DNA of 64,000 nt, taken from Balanoglossus misakiensis. Its lineage: Eukaryota > Animalia > Hemichordata. The notes beneath the pieces are model-generated. The model was not told where the DNA came from and did no database searches. It worked only from the letters and a program-made list of their open reading frames with translations. The stretch is taken from assembly GCA_040954595.2 (NCBI GenBank), contig CM082585.2, positions 10,032,564 through 10,096,563 on the forward strand, read 5' to 3'. Within the stretch, counting starts at the first letter, position 1. Each line of letters begins with the position of its first letter. This document shows, one piece after another, positions 29,201 to 41,206 of the stretch. The position numbers and the translations under genes were made by a program.

Positions 29201-32200
29201 CAATTACTAATTTTACATGTTATGGTAGGAGTGAGAAAATTAGATTAAAATGGGTTTACAGAAGTGTATACTTAACGGGCTTTAGTGTCGTTTGGAGAAG
29301 TTATCAGTGGCAGGGATTAACAGTCCCTTGTTTGCTGAATAAACAAACCAACCTCATTATTGTACTCTGTCCGTAATGATGTCGTTTTTTCCACGATTTT
29401 CCACTAATTTATGAACTTGCGAAACGTTCTAGATGAAAATGACTTGGTCTAAAGTCTCTAGTATTATGCTACTTCGTTAAAACATAACAAATCAGTGAGT
29501 AAGTGCTATTTATGATCGTTTTTTTCCAACTGAAAGTGCCGTTCACACAAATTGTCGATTTTCTCTGTTCGGTTTTGGGCTCTGGAGTGCAACTTCAAAA
29601 GAGTGTAACTTAGCAACGCGTGCACAGATTGTTCTGATTTTTGGCCTGAGGAAGGGAACAATACCTGTCTCCAAACCCCACGAGCGGATTTCCAATAAAG
29701 TTGATAGAACAAAAGAAATCACCACACAAGTGAACAAAAGTCGATAATTTATGCAAAAATTGACAGTTGACACTTTAAAGGCTCATTGTTCGAAAACAAA
29801 AGTGAATATCAAAATTCCATGACCCGGTATTTTTACCACTATACCCAGCTGTCGATTGCCGGTAACAGATCACCTGGAGGCATTGTCTTTTTTTATTGCC
29901 AAGCCTTTGAGTAAAAAAACTTAAAATCGTGTATTTTTGAGCAAAACGAGAAAGAGAACAGGAATTTTGGAAAATAAACCAGATTTTCATAAACTTCAAG
30001 TATAGAGCTAACAGAAAATATATAATGTGTTGGTGGGAAACATGAAATACAAGGAGAAAAAATCGATTAAAAACAAGTGTCATAAAAGGTACATCTCAAC
30101 CTTAATGTTGTTGTTAATTGAATATAAATGGCAATCATTATGTCCCAGTCCTCTTTTGGTGTGTGTGAGATTTTATTACTGCTGTAATTACTTCTGCACA
30201 AGAAAGAATTGTGTGGTTTGAATTGCAAGGTCACACTGCGCTTTCTGCTGGACCGTCAGAATCGCCGACTCTGCAGTTGCGGTAATTTAATTAAATTTTT
30301 GAACTGTAACACTCTTTGTATTTAAACTACCCTGTTTAGGTTGGATGTAATGATTTGCATCGTTGCTTGGATACAGTCTTGATCGGCGAGAGTAGCTGGT
30401 TGTAGTTAAGTGGCCAGTGGCTGTGTGAATTCTGAAGGCTAATGGAAAGAAAGTTTGTTAGAAATAGTTGTTGTTGTTGTTTATGATGTGTATTCTGATT
30501 GGGAATGAGTGTGCCAATGATGAAATTTTAATAAGAAAAGAATCAGTACAAAATATCCTTGACTTCACAAACTGAACAGTTTTTAGCCATAGTGTTTTCT
30601 TGTCAATTTCATGTTCATTTTGGTGAACAAAATGAGAAATACATAAGAAAGATTAAGTGTATAGTGTTAAAGTGAAGTGAAAAAAAAACAGTTACTATTA
30701 TACTATATAGAAAATTGTGAAATAAAAACCCAGATGTCATTGACATTTGTATTGCTGTGGTGTGTGACCTTGTTGTGATGTTGACCTTTTCACGATACCC
30801 CAGTTACATGAAATATTTCATGAAATATGTCTCAGCTCTGACAATTTTCACTAGAAATCATGTGAATTAGACAAAGGGGTAACTTTTGTGTCTTAAACTA
30901 ATTCTGTATTGAATGAAAAAACTCCTGAAATTGTGAATTTTTGACCGCGAACATTTTGTAGGTCACAGCAGATAGCATGGTACTTCAGCGAGACTTTAAC
31001 CTCGATAAGGCATTCAGTGGCCTTTGAGTGTTTTTGAAGGTAAAGTATCATAAGTGTCGAATTTGTACTTTTCATGAATGCTTAAGTTATTGAATTGAAT
31101 TGAAAAACAACATATATTTGATGAGTTGTCTTTCATTCAGGAATGTGTGGAAAAAGCTGTTTAATTTTAAAATGTGAAAGAAAGCTACGGTTTGAATAGC
31201 TGCCACTTCACTAAACCCAACAACTGAAATACTTTTGTCATTTAAATTCTATAACCTTGTACGTGAAAAGTCTCAGGTAGCCATGTAGAAGCAGCCATAC
31301 TAGGATTTGAGTCTTTTACTGGACAGACTCACTGTACCCCCTAGGTCCATTGTTGTTAGTTCTTGTAGATCAGCTGGCTGACAAATGAATACACAAGCCT
31401 CTACAATGGTATTTATTTCTTCCTTCAAATACTTCTGCTTGATTTTGTCTCAATATTTTGTTGCTGAATTTTACTACTTCCAGAGTTACTTAATATTATT
31501 GATGAGGGATGTTTAGGAGCTCAAATCATTGATGTGTTAGAAATTTGTATCGTGATCCAGAAATAGACGCTAGGTCTTAGATGTAATGGTGAAATATTAT
31601 TGTCTGAGGGTATTCCATAATCATGGCGACATGTGTATAGTGGTCTTCAAAAAATATGTTTGTGCTTTTTTTTTCAGAGTTGAGATGATATTGACTTCCC
31701 TTCTTCTGGTAAAAATTCAGCAGAAATGCTGATAGCTGTCTTAAGGGGAATCAATCTCTCGGGGTCATGTCATCCGAGAATGGGTTTTTGTGTACAATCT
31801 TTGGTCGGCTGGATATTCATTTATGAATGGATCATTGAGTCTTGATGGAGCTTTCATCTGACTTCCCCCAAAATAGAACAATAAGCTGAACATGCAAGCC
31901 ATTGGAGACCACCTGTCTGGCAGTTCACCTGGTACTGTAATAGCCAATGACGCAAGGGCTAGAAATGTCATGGCCAATCACAGTTCCAGAAGCTGAAATG
32001 TCCAAATTTTCTGAATGTAGTTCGTCAAGATGGATCAAACTACAGGCAGTAGACAGATCAGCATAAAACTGCACAATTTGTGGAGTTTTTTCTCTCGCTC
32101 ATTTTAACTGCAGCCAGACCGCTGCCAAAAATATCTGATCAGTCATTCATTGCAGTGAGCTCAGATAAAGACACACCCAATGATCCGAGACAGAAACAAC

Positions 32201-35200
32201 AACCCACCCTGGGCGAGAAACAAGTGTGTTTACGTCAAAAAGGGGAAAAGAAAGGCTTTGAGTTGACCGGAATGGGGCATGTTGAGACACGTGTCTGTCA
32301 CTCCTTGGTCGGTGTGGAGATACATGCTTTCTGTTGTCTCTAGGGTGGGAATTGGGCTGTAACCAAGGCAGGAACAAGACTGGGTGTACTTGCAACAACA
32401 ATGGGTGTAAATCTTGCATGTTCTTGTCGAAGTGTCCTGTCAAGGAATTGGACAAGAAACCCTTGTTTGTTTTCATGGTGGAACAAAAAGATTTGACACG
32501 CAAGAAATGCGCTACACGCCCTGTTGCTGTCTTCTGGGTTGTTGGTTTTTATTTTGGGGGGGGGGGTCATTTTTGTGGTTTATGCAGAATACAGAACCTG
32601 TGTCGTAAGCCGTGTAAATATTCATGAATGTAGGACAAAATGGAAATTTATCACCTCTGACATATTAAATTCTAGACTCCTGCAGCATTGTTCAGTTGCC
32701 TTAGTAACCAGACAGTTCTTTTGCCTGCCATGTGGAATTTTATCCTTGAGTGAGATCAAGTTTGCAAGCAGTTGAAATGCAGTTTTCCAACATTGTAGAC
32801 ATTTTTAGCAAGTTGTCAAAGTCTCAGCAGGTCAGGTCAAGCCTGTAAACATTCTTTTCATCAGGGATGTTGAATATTTATCCATCTGTATTTTGATATG
32901 TGAAATAAATGTTGTGCACATATTTTTTTTATCATCGCTCCTTCAAATAATAATAGAGATAACTTTAATATATAATTGTAATATTCTAAGGAGGCAACAT
33001 GATAGTCTGCTTGTTCAAATCATTATTGTTTCAGTGCGAAACTACCAAATCTCTCAGGATGGTACGTTTCTGCCAGGTGGTCAAAGTCCTTACCTAAATT
33101 TTGTTGAAATTCTTTCTTGTGAAAGAACTAGTCTGGAATATCCATTTTCAGTGTCGGCCATTTTGTTTTTTTGTGGATTGTTACGTACAATGAATATCTC
33201 AAGGGGTAGAGTTTCAGGCCTACACTCTTGTCTTGTGTTGCAGGTAACATTACTGTACAAAGTCCAAGATGGCACCAGATACTTCATTGTCTTACTCTGA
33301 AATTTCTGAATCAGCATTTGAGATGTTTTCTATTACTGACTCGCACCACAGTCGAATTCTGTGGTCAGGTTATCTGTCACTGATGAAATTGTCTGATCCG
33401 GTTTAATTAATCAAAGAGTATATGCAGTACATGTCATGTTTTGTGTTAGTATAATTTGTATTTTGTTTTTGTTTTATTCCAGGTTGGGTTAATCGACACA
33501 AATGGCACACTTTCAGACTACAAAGAACAGACTAACCCAAGAGGTAAGATTTTGGAATTGGTGGGGCGTTGTGTGTGGAACCCAGCTTGTGTGAATCTCT
33601 TGTAGAAATTGTCCATGTATATATTTTCCGTAAATTTTCCTGACTGTGTTGTTAGCCCTCGGCATTCTCCAGACAGAGACAAGAGACAACAAATTTCCTG
33701 GAAATCTTCCCTCTCTCAGTAAATGCTCCCTGTAGCCTGTCAGCTGACTCTAACATGTTGCTTGTTCGTGTATCAAGTGGCCCAGACAACACAGATATCT
33801 GCAGTCAAAATAAAACAGAAAATTTTCCTGCGAGACCGGCCTTACCCGGGTCTAACTGCAGAAGCCAGCGCGACTGCCTTCTATGTTACAATAAGATTGT
33901 GATGAACATATGAATGCCCATTTTGATTTTATATCCCGAATATTGTGTCGAAGCCATTTCCCTCCCTGGTTATTGGTTTCAGACGTACTTGTTAGACGGA
34001 CATAAAACACAGCTAGTTGCTGTCGACCGCTTTATTACTGAAGGGGGCGGACAGAATACAGACAGACTGCAGACTGCTTGCATCATCATAAGCTCTTGCT
34101 TAAAACGAACACACACTTTCATGCTGTTGTTAGGTTTCTGTGTGCGTTTAATTCTAGCAAGTAGTCTAAAAGTACTGCCATGGTTAGGCTGAGACAGTGA
34201 TAGCCCCTCTGTTGGTTCGTGTTCATATTGCGGCATTTTTCCTCATTTGCGGGACAAAAAAAATTGCTAATTCAGCATGTATGGCTCCACTGTTAGTGGC
34301 ACTGGTGGATAATTGGCCATCATTATGACATTATTATTGGATATACGACAAAACCCACGTAATAAGCATCCATAAGAGACTTTCCTACCAGCGATTCTGT
34401 GCTTTCAACCAAGTATTTTTACCTCTTTGTGTTGTCAGGTATCAGAGAATAGACTACAGTCAGTTAATTTTCTATTTACTCCAAAAATTAATTTGATGAC
34501 TATCATATTATTCACTCCACAGACTTAGACATTTGATATTTTGTGTTACAATCAGAATGTTTCAATCACGTTATTTGCCGTTCTCATTAATCATAAATTT
34601 TTCCATTTTGCCGAAAAGATTGCGGCATCTGTTTTGGATACAATTTTCCCATTTCCGCGGCATGGTTTATGTTGCTATGGGCTACGGCAAGACAAAAATA
34701 GCACGGCATTCTCAGATGTTTGTCTGCTGGAATATATGCTGGTTTTCATTTTGATTAATGTGGCAGACAGGGAGAAAAATCCTTTCAGAAAAAAATGTTC
34801 AGTGTAAAGTGAATTTCTGTGTGTCCTGATTACACGTGTGTGTAATATCAGAAAAATATCGACAGAGTCGTTCAAAGGCTCTTTCAAGCGTGCACAGTTC
34901 GCCGCAGATATGTATGCAAATGATACCACCAGTGAATGTGCAAATACCTTTGGCGAAAACCCTGGCTTTGTTTCCAGTTTTGAAAAGCATTTTGTGTGGT
35001 GTGTGTGTAGGAACCTTGTGCTGTTGCCACAAGAATCCATAGAAATCCCGGATGATTGCAGTGCATGTGAAGGTCGCCTTTGAAAATTAAAGATAACTTG
35101 TCTGTTCAGTCGCAGCACTCGGAAATTGAGATATTCAAGGGATTCATACTCTGTTTTGAATTGAGTGGTATTGCATGTTTTGTCACCAGATACTTAAAAT

Positions 35201-38200
35201 GGCGATAGAATAACGCATCTGTGCTGCCCTAAGTGAACAATTCTCTCATTCTGTGGGCATACTGAGTTAATATTGTGTCAAGCATGAAAATCTAGATAGG
35301 AAAACAGTGTTGTGCAAGTCCCATTGCACCTTGTTTTTTTCCCAATCATATGAAGTGTGTTTGTGACATGCCATTCCTCATTGACCTTTTGCCACAACTC
35401 ATGACCTTTAAACTTAAACCTCTGTAGTAGCTGGGAATGTCCAATGTCCTTTTGTCCGCAGTATTTTGCAGAATTGCTAAGATGTGAGCAGTTCGCTTTT
35501 TGGGATTACTTTGATGAGTTTTGTTTATTTTTTCCAATTTTTTGTCTCTGCGAATCATGGTGCATTGTGGGAGACAAAAGGTTATGAGGTCAGAGGCAGC
35601 AAGTGTGTACAAGTACTTGACAATTGCTACCTGTACATAAAAGTTGTCAGCCTCACATGCTGTTCTGAAGTAGCTTTTTATTGCCATCATTGCACTAACA
35701 CATCAGCTTATTGCCTTATTTTGATAGATTGTTGAATGTCAGTGCATAACCTTTGACCTAATCACCACAGTAACCACCCCACCCCCAATTCATGCCATTA
35801 CACGTGTGTAACACATTTAATTTCCTGAAGATATGTCGAAAATCTTAAAGCCCCATGTTAACTGATTTGAATTACTAAGCAGATTTTATGTTGGTATCTT
35901 TACAGTTTCTGCAGTACCAACAGTGACAGGGATAATGTTATCGCCCAAAGCCTCACCACTGAAGACAGAACATCACATAATACCCAAAGCAGCACTACAG
36001 ACGACGAATAATCCAAATACAGCTGTGTCTCCTATGGTAAGTTCCGAACCCCTCGCTTACCCCCCCCCCCCTCTCTCTTTCTCTTTACCCCCTCTCATTG
36101 CGCTTGTGTGAGCAAACTATAAGATTATTGATTTTCGACAATAAAGATACTGTAAAACAGAACATTTTTGTGATCTTCACGAGAGCAAAAATAGTCGCGA
36201 ATTTTGACAATTCAGTAAGGACACAAGAGAACATGAAAATTAATCGTCGTCATAGAATCACCTCTTTTGATACGCGAAAAATTTCCCGTGTTACAGTACA
36301 ATTAGTATCGAGAGACTTTCCATATGCCTCTATGATTCAGAACTTTGCCTAACATTTAATACCCACCTTTGCTGTTGTTTACCAATAGATTCTAGGCACT
36401 CCACAGAGAACGCAGGTAACGCCGATAATCGCAAGCCCCAGGACACCCCATGCCTTACATCAGTTATCCCTGGTCGAGTCGCCGAGTTGGTCTGGGGGAA
36501 GGAAGCGGCCCCATGAGTTTGGTGAATCAGATTATTCCGACAGGTCAGTCCGGATGTCTCCGGCCGGCAGATTATTTGCACATGTTGTTGAGTGAGGGGG
36601 CTATTCCCATGCAAAATGGATTCATTCCAGCATTAGCGAATGATTCTGTGTTCAATCAGCCATGTGGAGAAGTGAATTCCACTGTGGACTGGCTGGACAT
36701 TTCAGAGTGCGGAATTGCATCATGCACCAAACTTCAAACTTCCAGTGTATTTACGGGACATTAGCTGTAAGCTTTAGTTTGATTTTCATTATTTGTGTTC
36801 CGTATACCGAATGCAATTTCTTGTTTTCTGCTCCAAACAGCACGCTAATATACCCAGTACTCTGCTCGTCAACATAGTATGTGTGTGACAGCCATCATTA
36901 TTGTTGACAAATGAATTCTAGTCTGGACTTGAGTTCAAATTCTTAATGGCTGCATGAGGGCGCTAGACTTATAAAAAAGGGTGTACAGCACTTTTTGAAA
37001 CACTGACAGTCATAAAAACAAATCTATTATTTACAGTGCAAAGAAGAAAAAGGGAGAAAAAGGTGGAAAGGGGCTTCGGCATTTCTCCATGAAGGTGTGC
37101 GAGAAAGTGCAGAAGAAGGGCGTGACTTCGTACAACGAAGTGGCAGATGAACTGGTGGCGGAGTTCAGCGATCCTACAAGGATAATGACTCCAACTGACC
37201 AGGTAAATATCTCTGAGTAATTGCTCCTTGCATTGTGTGCTTTCTGATCATATGACTGTCACATGCTTATCACATGACAGTGGTGAACTATCAAGTGATA
37301 AAAAATATCAATGCATGATTCAAAACTCAGAAGCTACTGTCTACAAGAAATTTTTTTTTGAACACTTGTTCCCTCAGCAGGCGTACGACCAGAAGAACAT
37401 CAGAAGGAGAGTGTACGACGCTCTGAATGTCCTCATGGCCATGAATATCATTTCCAAAGAAAAGAAAGAAATCCGATGGATTGGCTTGCCTACAAATTCA
37501 GCTCAGGAATGCGCAAATTTAGAATTAGAAAAGAAAACGAAAGAAGATAGGATACGTCAGAAGACGCAGCAACTACAAGAGCTCATTTTACAGGTAAAGT
37601 GTTGTCTGTCACTTCTGAGCAGGAAGTTTGATTGGCTTTGATTCTCTGTTTCCAGGATGTGTTTACACAATGAAGTTTCATCGAGTAGTGTAATAAAACG
37701 ACTGGCAAAACAGAACAGTCAATGATTCAATGAGATAACAGCCATATGTGGTAGAGAGAGTATTTGACTTAACCCATTCGCCACCATGGTTCAGTCCAAA
37801 CCCATTGTTTTCTATGGTGAGGTTGGACCTCTAAAGAGGGAACTGGGGGTGAAAGATTTAGACAACTTGTCACAAGCCAAAAAGTAGTTTCAGTTTGAAT
37901 GTCAAGAAAGGAAGAGGATAGACAGTAACAAGACATGATCTCTTTTGACTTCGCAGCAAATTGCCTTCAAGAATCTTGTACAGAGGAATAAAAGAATGGA
38001 ACAGACCAGTACAGGTCCACCTACGACTAATTCCGCCATTCACCTACCGTTCATTATTGTAAATACTAGCAAGAAGACTGTGATTGACTGCAGCATTTCA
38101 AATGACAAGTGAGTTGAGAATCTTCCCTTTCCGACAGTCCCGACTGGCTACCCATCTGTCACTCTATTGACTGACCAATCATCACCCTGTCTGTCACCCC

Positions 38201-39413
38201 ATGTGACTGTCTCCGTGTCATCTGAAGATGTAGCCACTGATTGTCAGTATCAGTCTCTCACACCTTATGCCAGTCAAATAACATCTCTGAAATTGGTAAT
38301 GTGTTGCATCCATGTCCACATTAAACTTAAACCAAACCTGTCTAATATCTGGACAACACTACAATAGACTCTCTATTGAAATCAAATGAAAAGGAACTGA
38401 CTAGTATGAGTCTGACATACCTTCTGATTTTCCCCTTAACTTCCTACAGATTTGAGTACTTGTTCAATTTTGATAACACGTTTGAGATCCATGATGACAT
38501 AGAGGTGCTAAAGCGTATGGGTATGGCTTATGGCCTGGAGGCTGGCAAGTGCAGCGAGGAGAACCTGAAGACTGCCCGGACTATGGTCCCCAAGGCCTTG
38601 GAACCGTATGTGCTAGGTAAGGTCCGATGGCGTGGGTCTGTGCCTCTGTAGGCTAAGGAGTTTCTGTCACCGTCTGAGCCCTGTGCCACTGTAGGGTTAG
38701 GGGTTTCTGTCACTGTCTGAACTGAGCTCTCCTATCGCTACTGTGATGAGAGCCACTGTAGGGTTAGGGGTTTCTGTCACTGAGCTCTCATATGATTTGA
38801 GTGATCTTTTGGAGGTAATGAATGCAAGGGGGTGATAAAATACAGGGATTTGGAGGTATCACCAGTGATAGATTCTCATTGATTATGGCAAACCATAAAA
38901 TAAAGAACAGCTCTTAGAGTTCTCCCATACAGCAGACTGTTTGTAGCTTCTGTCAGTTACTGTTTAAGAAGTTCAAAAACCTGAATCATAAAATAAACTC
39001 TCTGACTCTGCCAACTTTTGTTTCCAGAACTTGCCAAGAGGACATCATCCAGCACTTCCATTGTCGCTGGTCCAAGTGGAATCAAGACGGGGCTACCATC
39101 AACGGCACAGGAGACTATCACTGCTGCGTCGAGCAGCAGGTCAGCAACCGTCACCTCCTCCTCGCAGCAGGAACACGGTTTCCACGATTCGGGCATCGTC
39201 AGCAGCCAGGGATCCTTGTCACCCCTGGCAACGCCTCTCTCGCAGCAAGTGAGCATCGACCAGGAGGTTGCCATGGTCACCGCGGGGAATTCTCAGGCCT
39301 CCAGAGCGTCGAGTCTCGGGTCATTTTCGGATTTGGGGCCGTCGCGCGGCGCCACCGATACGCCGTCTTCCGATTACATGGATTCTGAAGACTCCTTCGG
39401 CAATGGAGATTGA
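20169..39413 (+). CDS. TFDP1: Transcription factor Dp (E2F dimerization partner, TFDP1/2 family), whole gene span, ~10 coding exons
   Basis: [30 protein letters not shown] winged helix; DEF box [20 protein letters not shown]; dimerization and marked-box regions [21 protein letters not shown] and [24 protein letters not shown]; exon phases consistent (1602 nt). 5'-most exon less certain; orthology to TFDP1 versus TFDP2 unresolved. Confidence 0.93.
23263..23387 (+). CDS. TFDP1: DP exon 2 (...[16 protein letters not shown])
   Basis: Strong acceptor, gaa|gtaagt donor; ends in MVKE, matching the human DP1 start MAKD. Confidence 0.75.
28417..30101. mobile_element. Non-autonomous TTAA DNA transposon, Kolobok-like (GG...CC termini), 1685 bp
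   Basis: TTAA at 28413-28416 and 30102-30105; TIRs ggtagagatgta / tacatctcaacc; internal ~160-bp direct duplication; no transposase ORF. Confidence 0.7.
33483..33543 (+). CDS. TFDP1: DP exon 3 ([20 protein letters not shown])
   Basis: Similar to human DP1 AGLIEANGEL; strong splice sites. Confidence 0.85.
35906..36036 (+). CDS. TFDP1: DP exon 4
   Basis: [19 protein letters not shown]...IIPKA...VSPM; atg|gtaagt donor; phase consistent. Confidence 0.82.
36148..36298. mobile_element. TA-flanked MITE (Tc1/mariner-like, CTGTAA termini)
   Basis: ta-ctgtaaaacagaacattttt ... aaaaatttcccgtgttacag-ta imperfect TIRs; related right end at ~1988-2013. Confidence 0.55.
36389..36543 (+). CDS. TFDP1: DP exon 5 (ILGTPQR...[18 protein letters not shown])
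   Basis: GTPQR motif conserved with DP1/DP2; basic NLS half-site. Confidence 0.88.
37037..37202 (+). CDS. TFDP1: DP exon 6, DNA-binding domain start
   Basis: [42 protein letters not shown]. Confidence 0.95.
37378..37593 (+). CDS. TFDP1: DP exon 7, DEF box (NAGNAG start 37378 or 37381)
   Basis: [44 protein letters not shown]. Confidence 0.95.
37769..37861. mobile_element. ~90-bp TTAA-type MITE, copy 3
   Basis: ttaacccattcgccaccatggttcagtcc...gggaactgggggtgaaag; a partial copy also starts near 14027. Confidence 0.6.
37957..38108 (+). CDS. TFDP1: DP exon 8
   Basis: [11 protein letters not shown]...[23 protein letters not shown]. Confidence 0.95.
38450..38616 (+). CDS. TFDP1: DP exon 9
   Basis: [30 protein letters not shown]...VPKALEPYV. 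Confidence 0.95.
38663..38790. repeat. Local direct duplication in DP intron 9
   Basis: gccactgtagggttaggggtttctgtcactg occurs twice, ~70 bp apart. Confidence 0.7.
39028..39413 (+). CDS. TFDP1: DP last coding exon, S/T-rich tail with acidic end
   Basis: ttccag acceptor; phase matches; ends [17 protein letters not shown]. Confidence 0.88.
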
Positions 39414-40249
39414 AAAACACTGATTTCCCACAATTGCCCCAAATCAATGCACATTTTTGGAACAGCACACGAAAGGTCCAAGAATTGCTCTCGGGAGACG
39501 TTAAATTGTGGCAACCAGTCTTATGTGGAATCCTGCCATTTTTTTGTATGGAAAGACGTGTATATCCCAGACCTGATGATGTAAATCAGAATGAGAGGTG
39601 TTGTACTCCACTGGGAGGCGACAAACATTTTTTAAAGTCATTTGAAACTATGATTATGCTACTTTCAGTGGCTTCTTTTGGATAATCAATGCAAACAGAT
39701 GGAACCACTACAAACTTTTGTGAAACGAACTGCTGAAATGTAAGTAAACCAATCAATGTGTTGGTTTTACAACGGACTTGACTGTTTCATGACAAGATTT
39801 GGACAAGATTGATCAATTCTATGGAAACCCAAGACCGTAGAAAACTTTTTTTACTATTCATCATAAATTATGCATGCTAAGAAAAAAAAGTTGCCCAAAG
39901 GTTTTCAATTGACAACATGTTCCATCGTTTTTAGTCATAGCTTGCATTTAAAATATATGGAAGGAAGAGTAAAGTAAGAGAAAAATTGTACAGATGAATG
40001 AAAGTTTAGCACAGGTATTTTAATTATAGAGTTTGTTCAAAGTTTTGTATATCATTACAAATCTTGACAATTATATTTGTTCAGTCTAGTGTAAATGGCA
40101 AATGTGAATAGTATTAGTTTTGTCTTAGGAAGTTAGCCACGAATTGCTGTGTTCTTATTATTACCCATCATTTTTTTCCAAAGTTAACAGTTTATTTCAT
40201 CATTTCTTATCATCTGTTACAGAAGTTATACTCGTTGTCATGTCCTAAT

Positions 40250-40312
40250 CTGTCAGCCATGTTTGACCTTTCCCATGATGCACTGTCAGCCATGTTTGAT
40301 CTTTCCCATGAT
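40250..40312. repeat. 33-bp tandem duplication in the DP 3'UTR
   Basis: ctgtcagccatgtttgacctttcccatgat / ctgtcagccatgtttgatctttcccatgat. Confidence 0.75.
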
Positions 40313-41022
40313 ACAAAGCAGACTACAATATGGCTGCCTTTCAGGTCTTTGTGATCTCACAAATTGCACACACAATAAACCCAATTTTTTTATCAAACAG
40401 TTCCGTAGTTAAAGTATGACAGCAGCCCAAAAAACTACGTAATTTGCTAGAGTTGTTGCAGCATGGTATAACGTACATGTGAACAAAAAGAAATCTCATT
40501 TGCACGATAACACTTTACAAAGTTCTCTAGTATTTTCCTGTTTTCTTCGCAACCTAACTTTTCACCGATTGTGACCTCCTAGAACCTCAAACATTTAGTG
40601 TTACAGATATTTTTAAAAGGGAAAAATCCATTCCATGATGTTTTACTGCATCTTGTAGGCTTAGACCCCTTTTCCATAATGGTAGGGCTCAAACCCCTTA
40701 GGCAGGTGATACACTAACAGAAAATGGTATAGCAACATTATTTGTAGGGATTACAGATTTAAGTGGAGGGGAAATAGATGTATAGAGCACTGTACATTGA
40801 AATGGAAGAATGTTTCCGTTTGGTAGGAAACCTATCTTTTAAACAAATCTCTTGTAAGTTGATAATGTATTGTTTCTGCGGGGGAAAAATGACTGCTTTA
40901 GGATTTTACAGTTGTTTCTAAAAAGAATTATGGGGAGAGAAGAAAATTGATAAATAAAAAGTACCAAACACATGCTGTGTTAAATGTACAGTATTACAAC
41001 TGAATTTCAGTTATCGAGTGTA

Positions 41023-41028
41023 AATAAA
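41023..41028 (+). promoter_or_regulatory. Probable DP polyadenylation signal
   Basis: AATAAA followed ~20-35 nt later by a GT-rich downstream element ttttgtgtcagtgtgg. Confidence 0.55.
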
Positions 41029-41206
41029 GTGGCATTTTTTGCAGTCTATTTTGTGTCAGTGTGGTTAAATGGTGGCTGTGGATGAATGTATGTGATGTAT
41101 CCATGTTGTTCAAATAAGTATGTACACAGCAAATTTCTACATGTTTACTATCAAAAGACCAACTGTGTCATTTGGTGTTCAGACAGTACACATGCCAATG
41201 ACAGCT

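Noticed and set aside
30806-30821. 16-bp perfect palindrome catgaaatatttcatg
   Set aside because: Isolated AT-rich palindrome with no supporting context; plausible by chance or slippage.
38688-38772. Telomere-like TAGGGTTAGGG
   Set aside because: Under two units, inside a local duplication; not an interstitial telomere tract.
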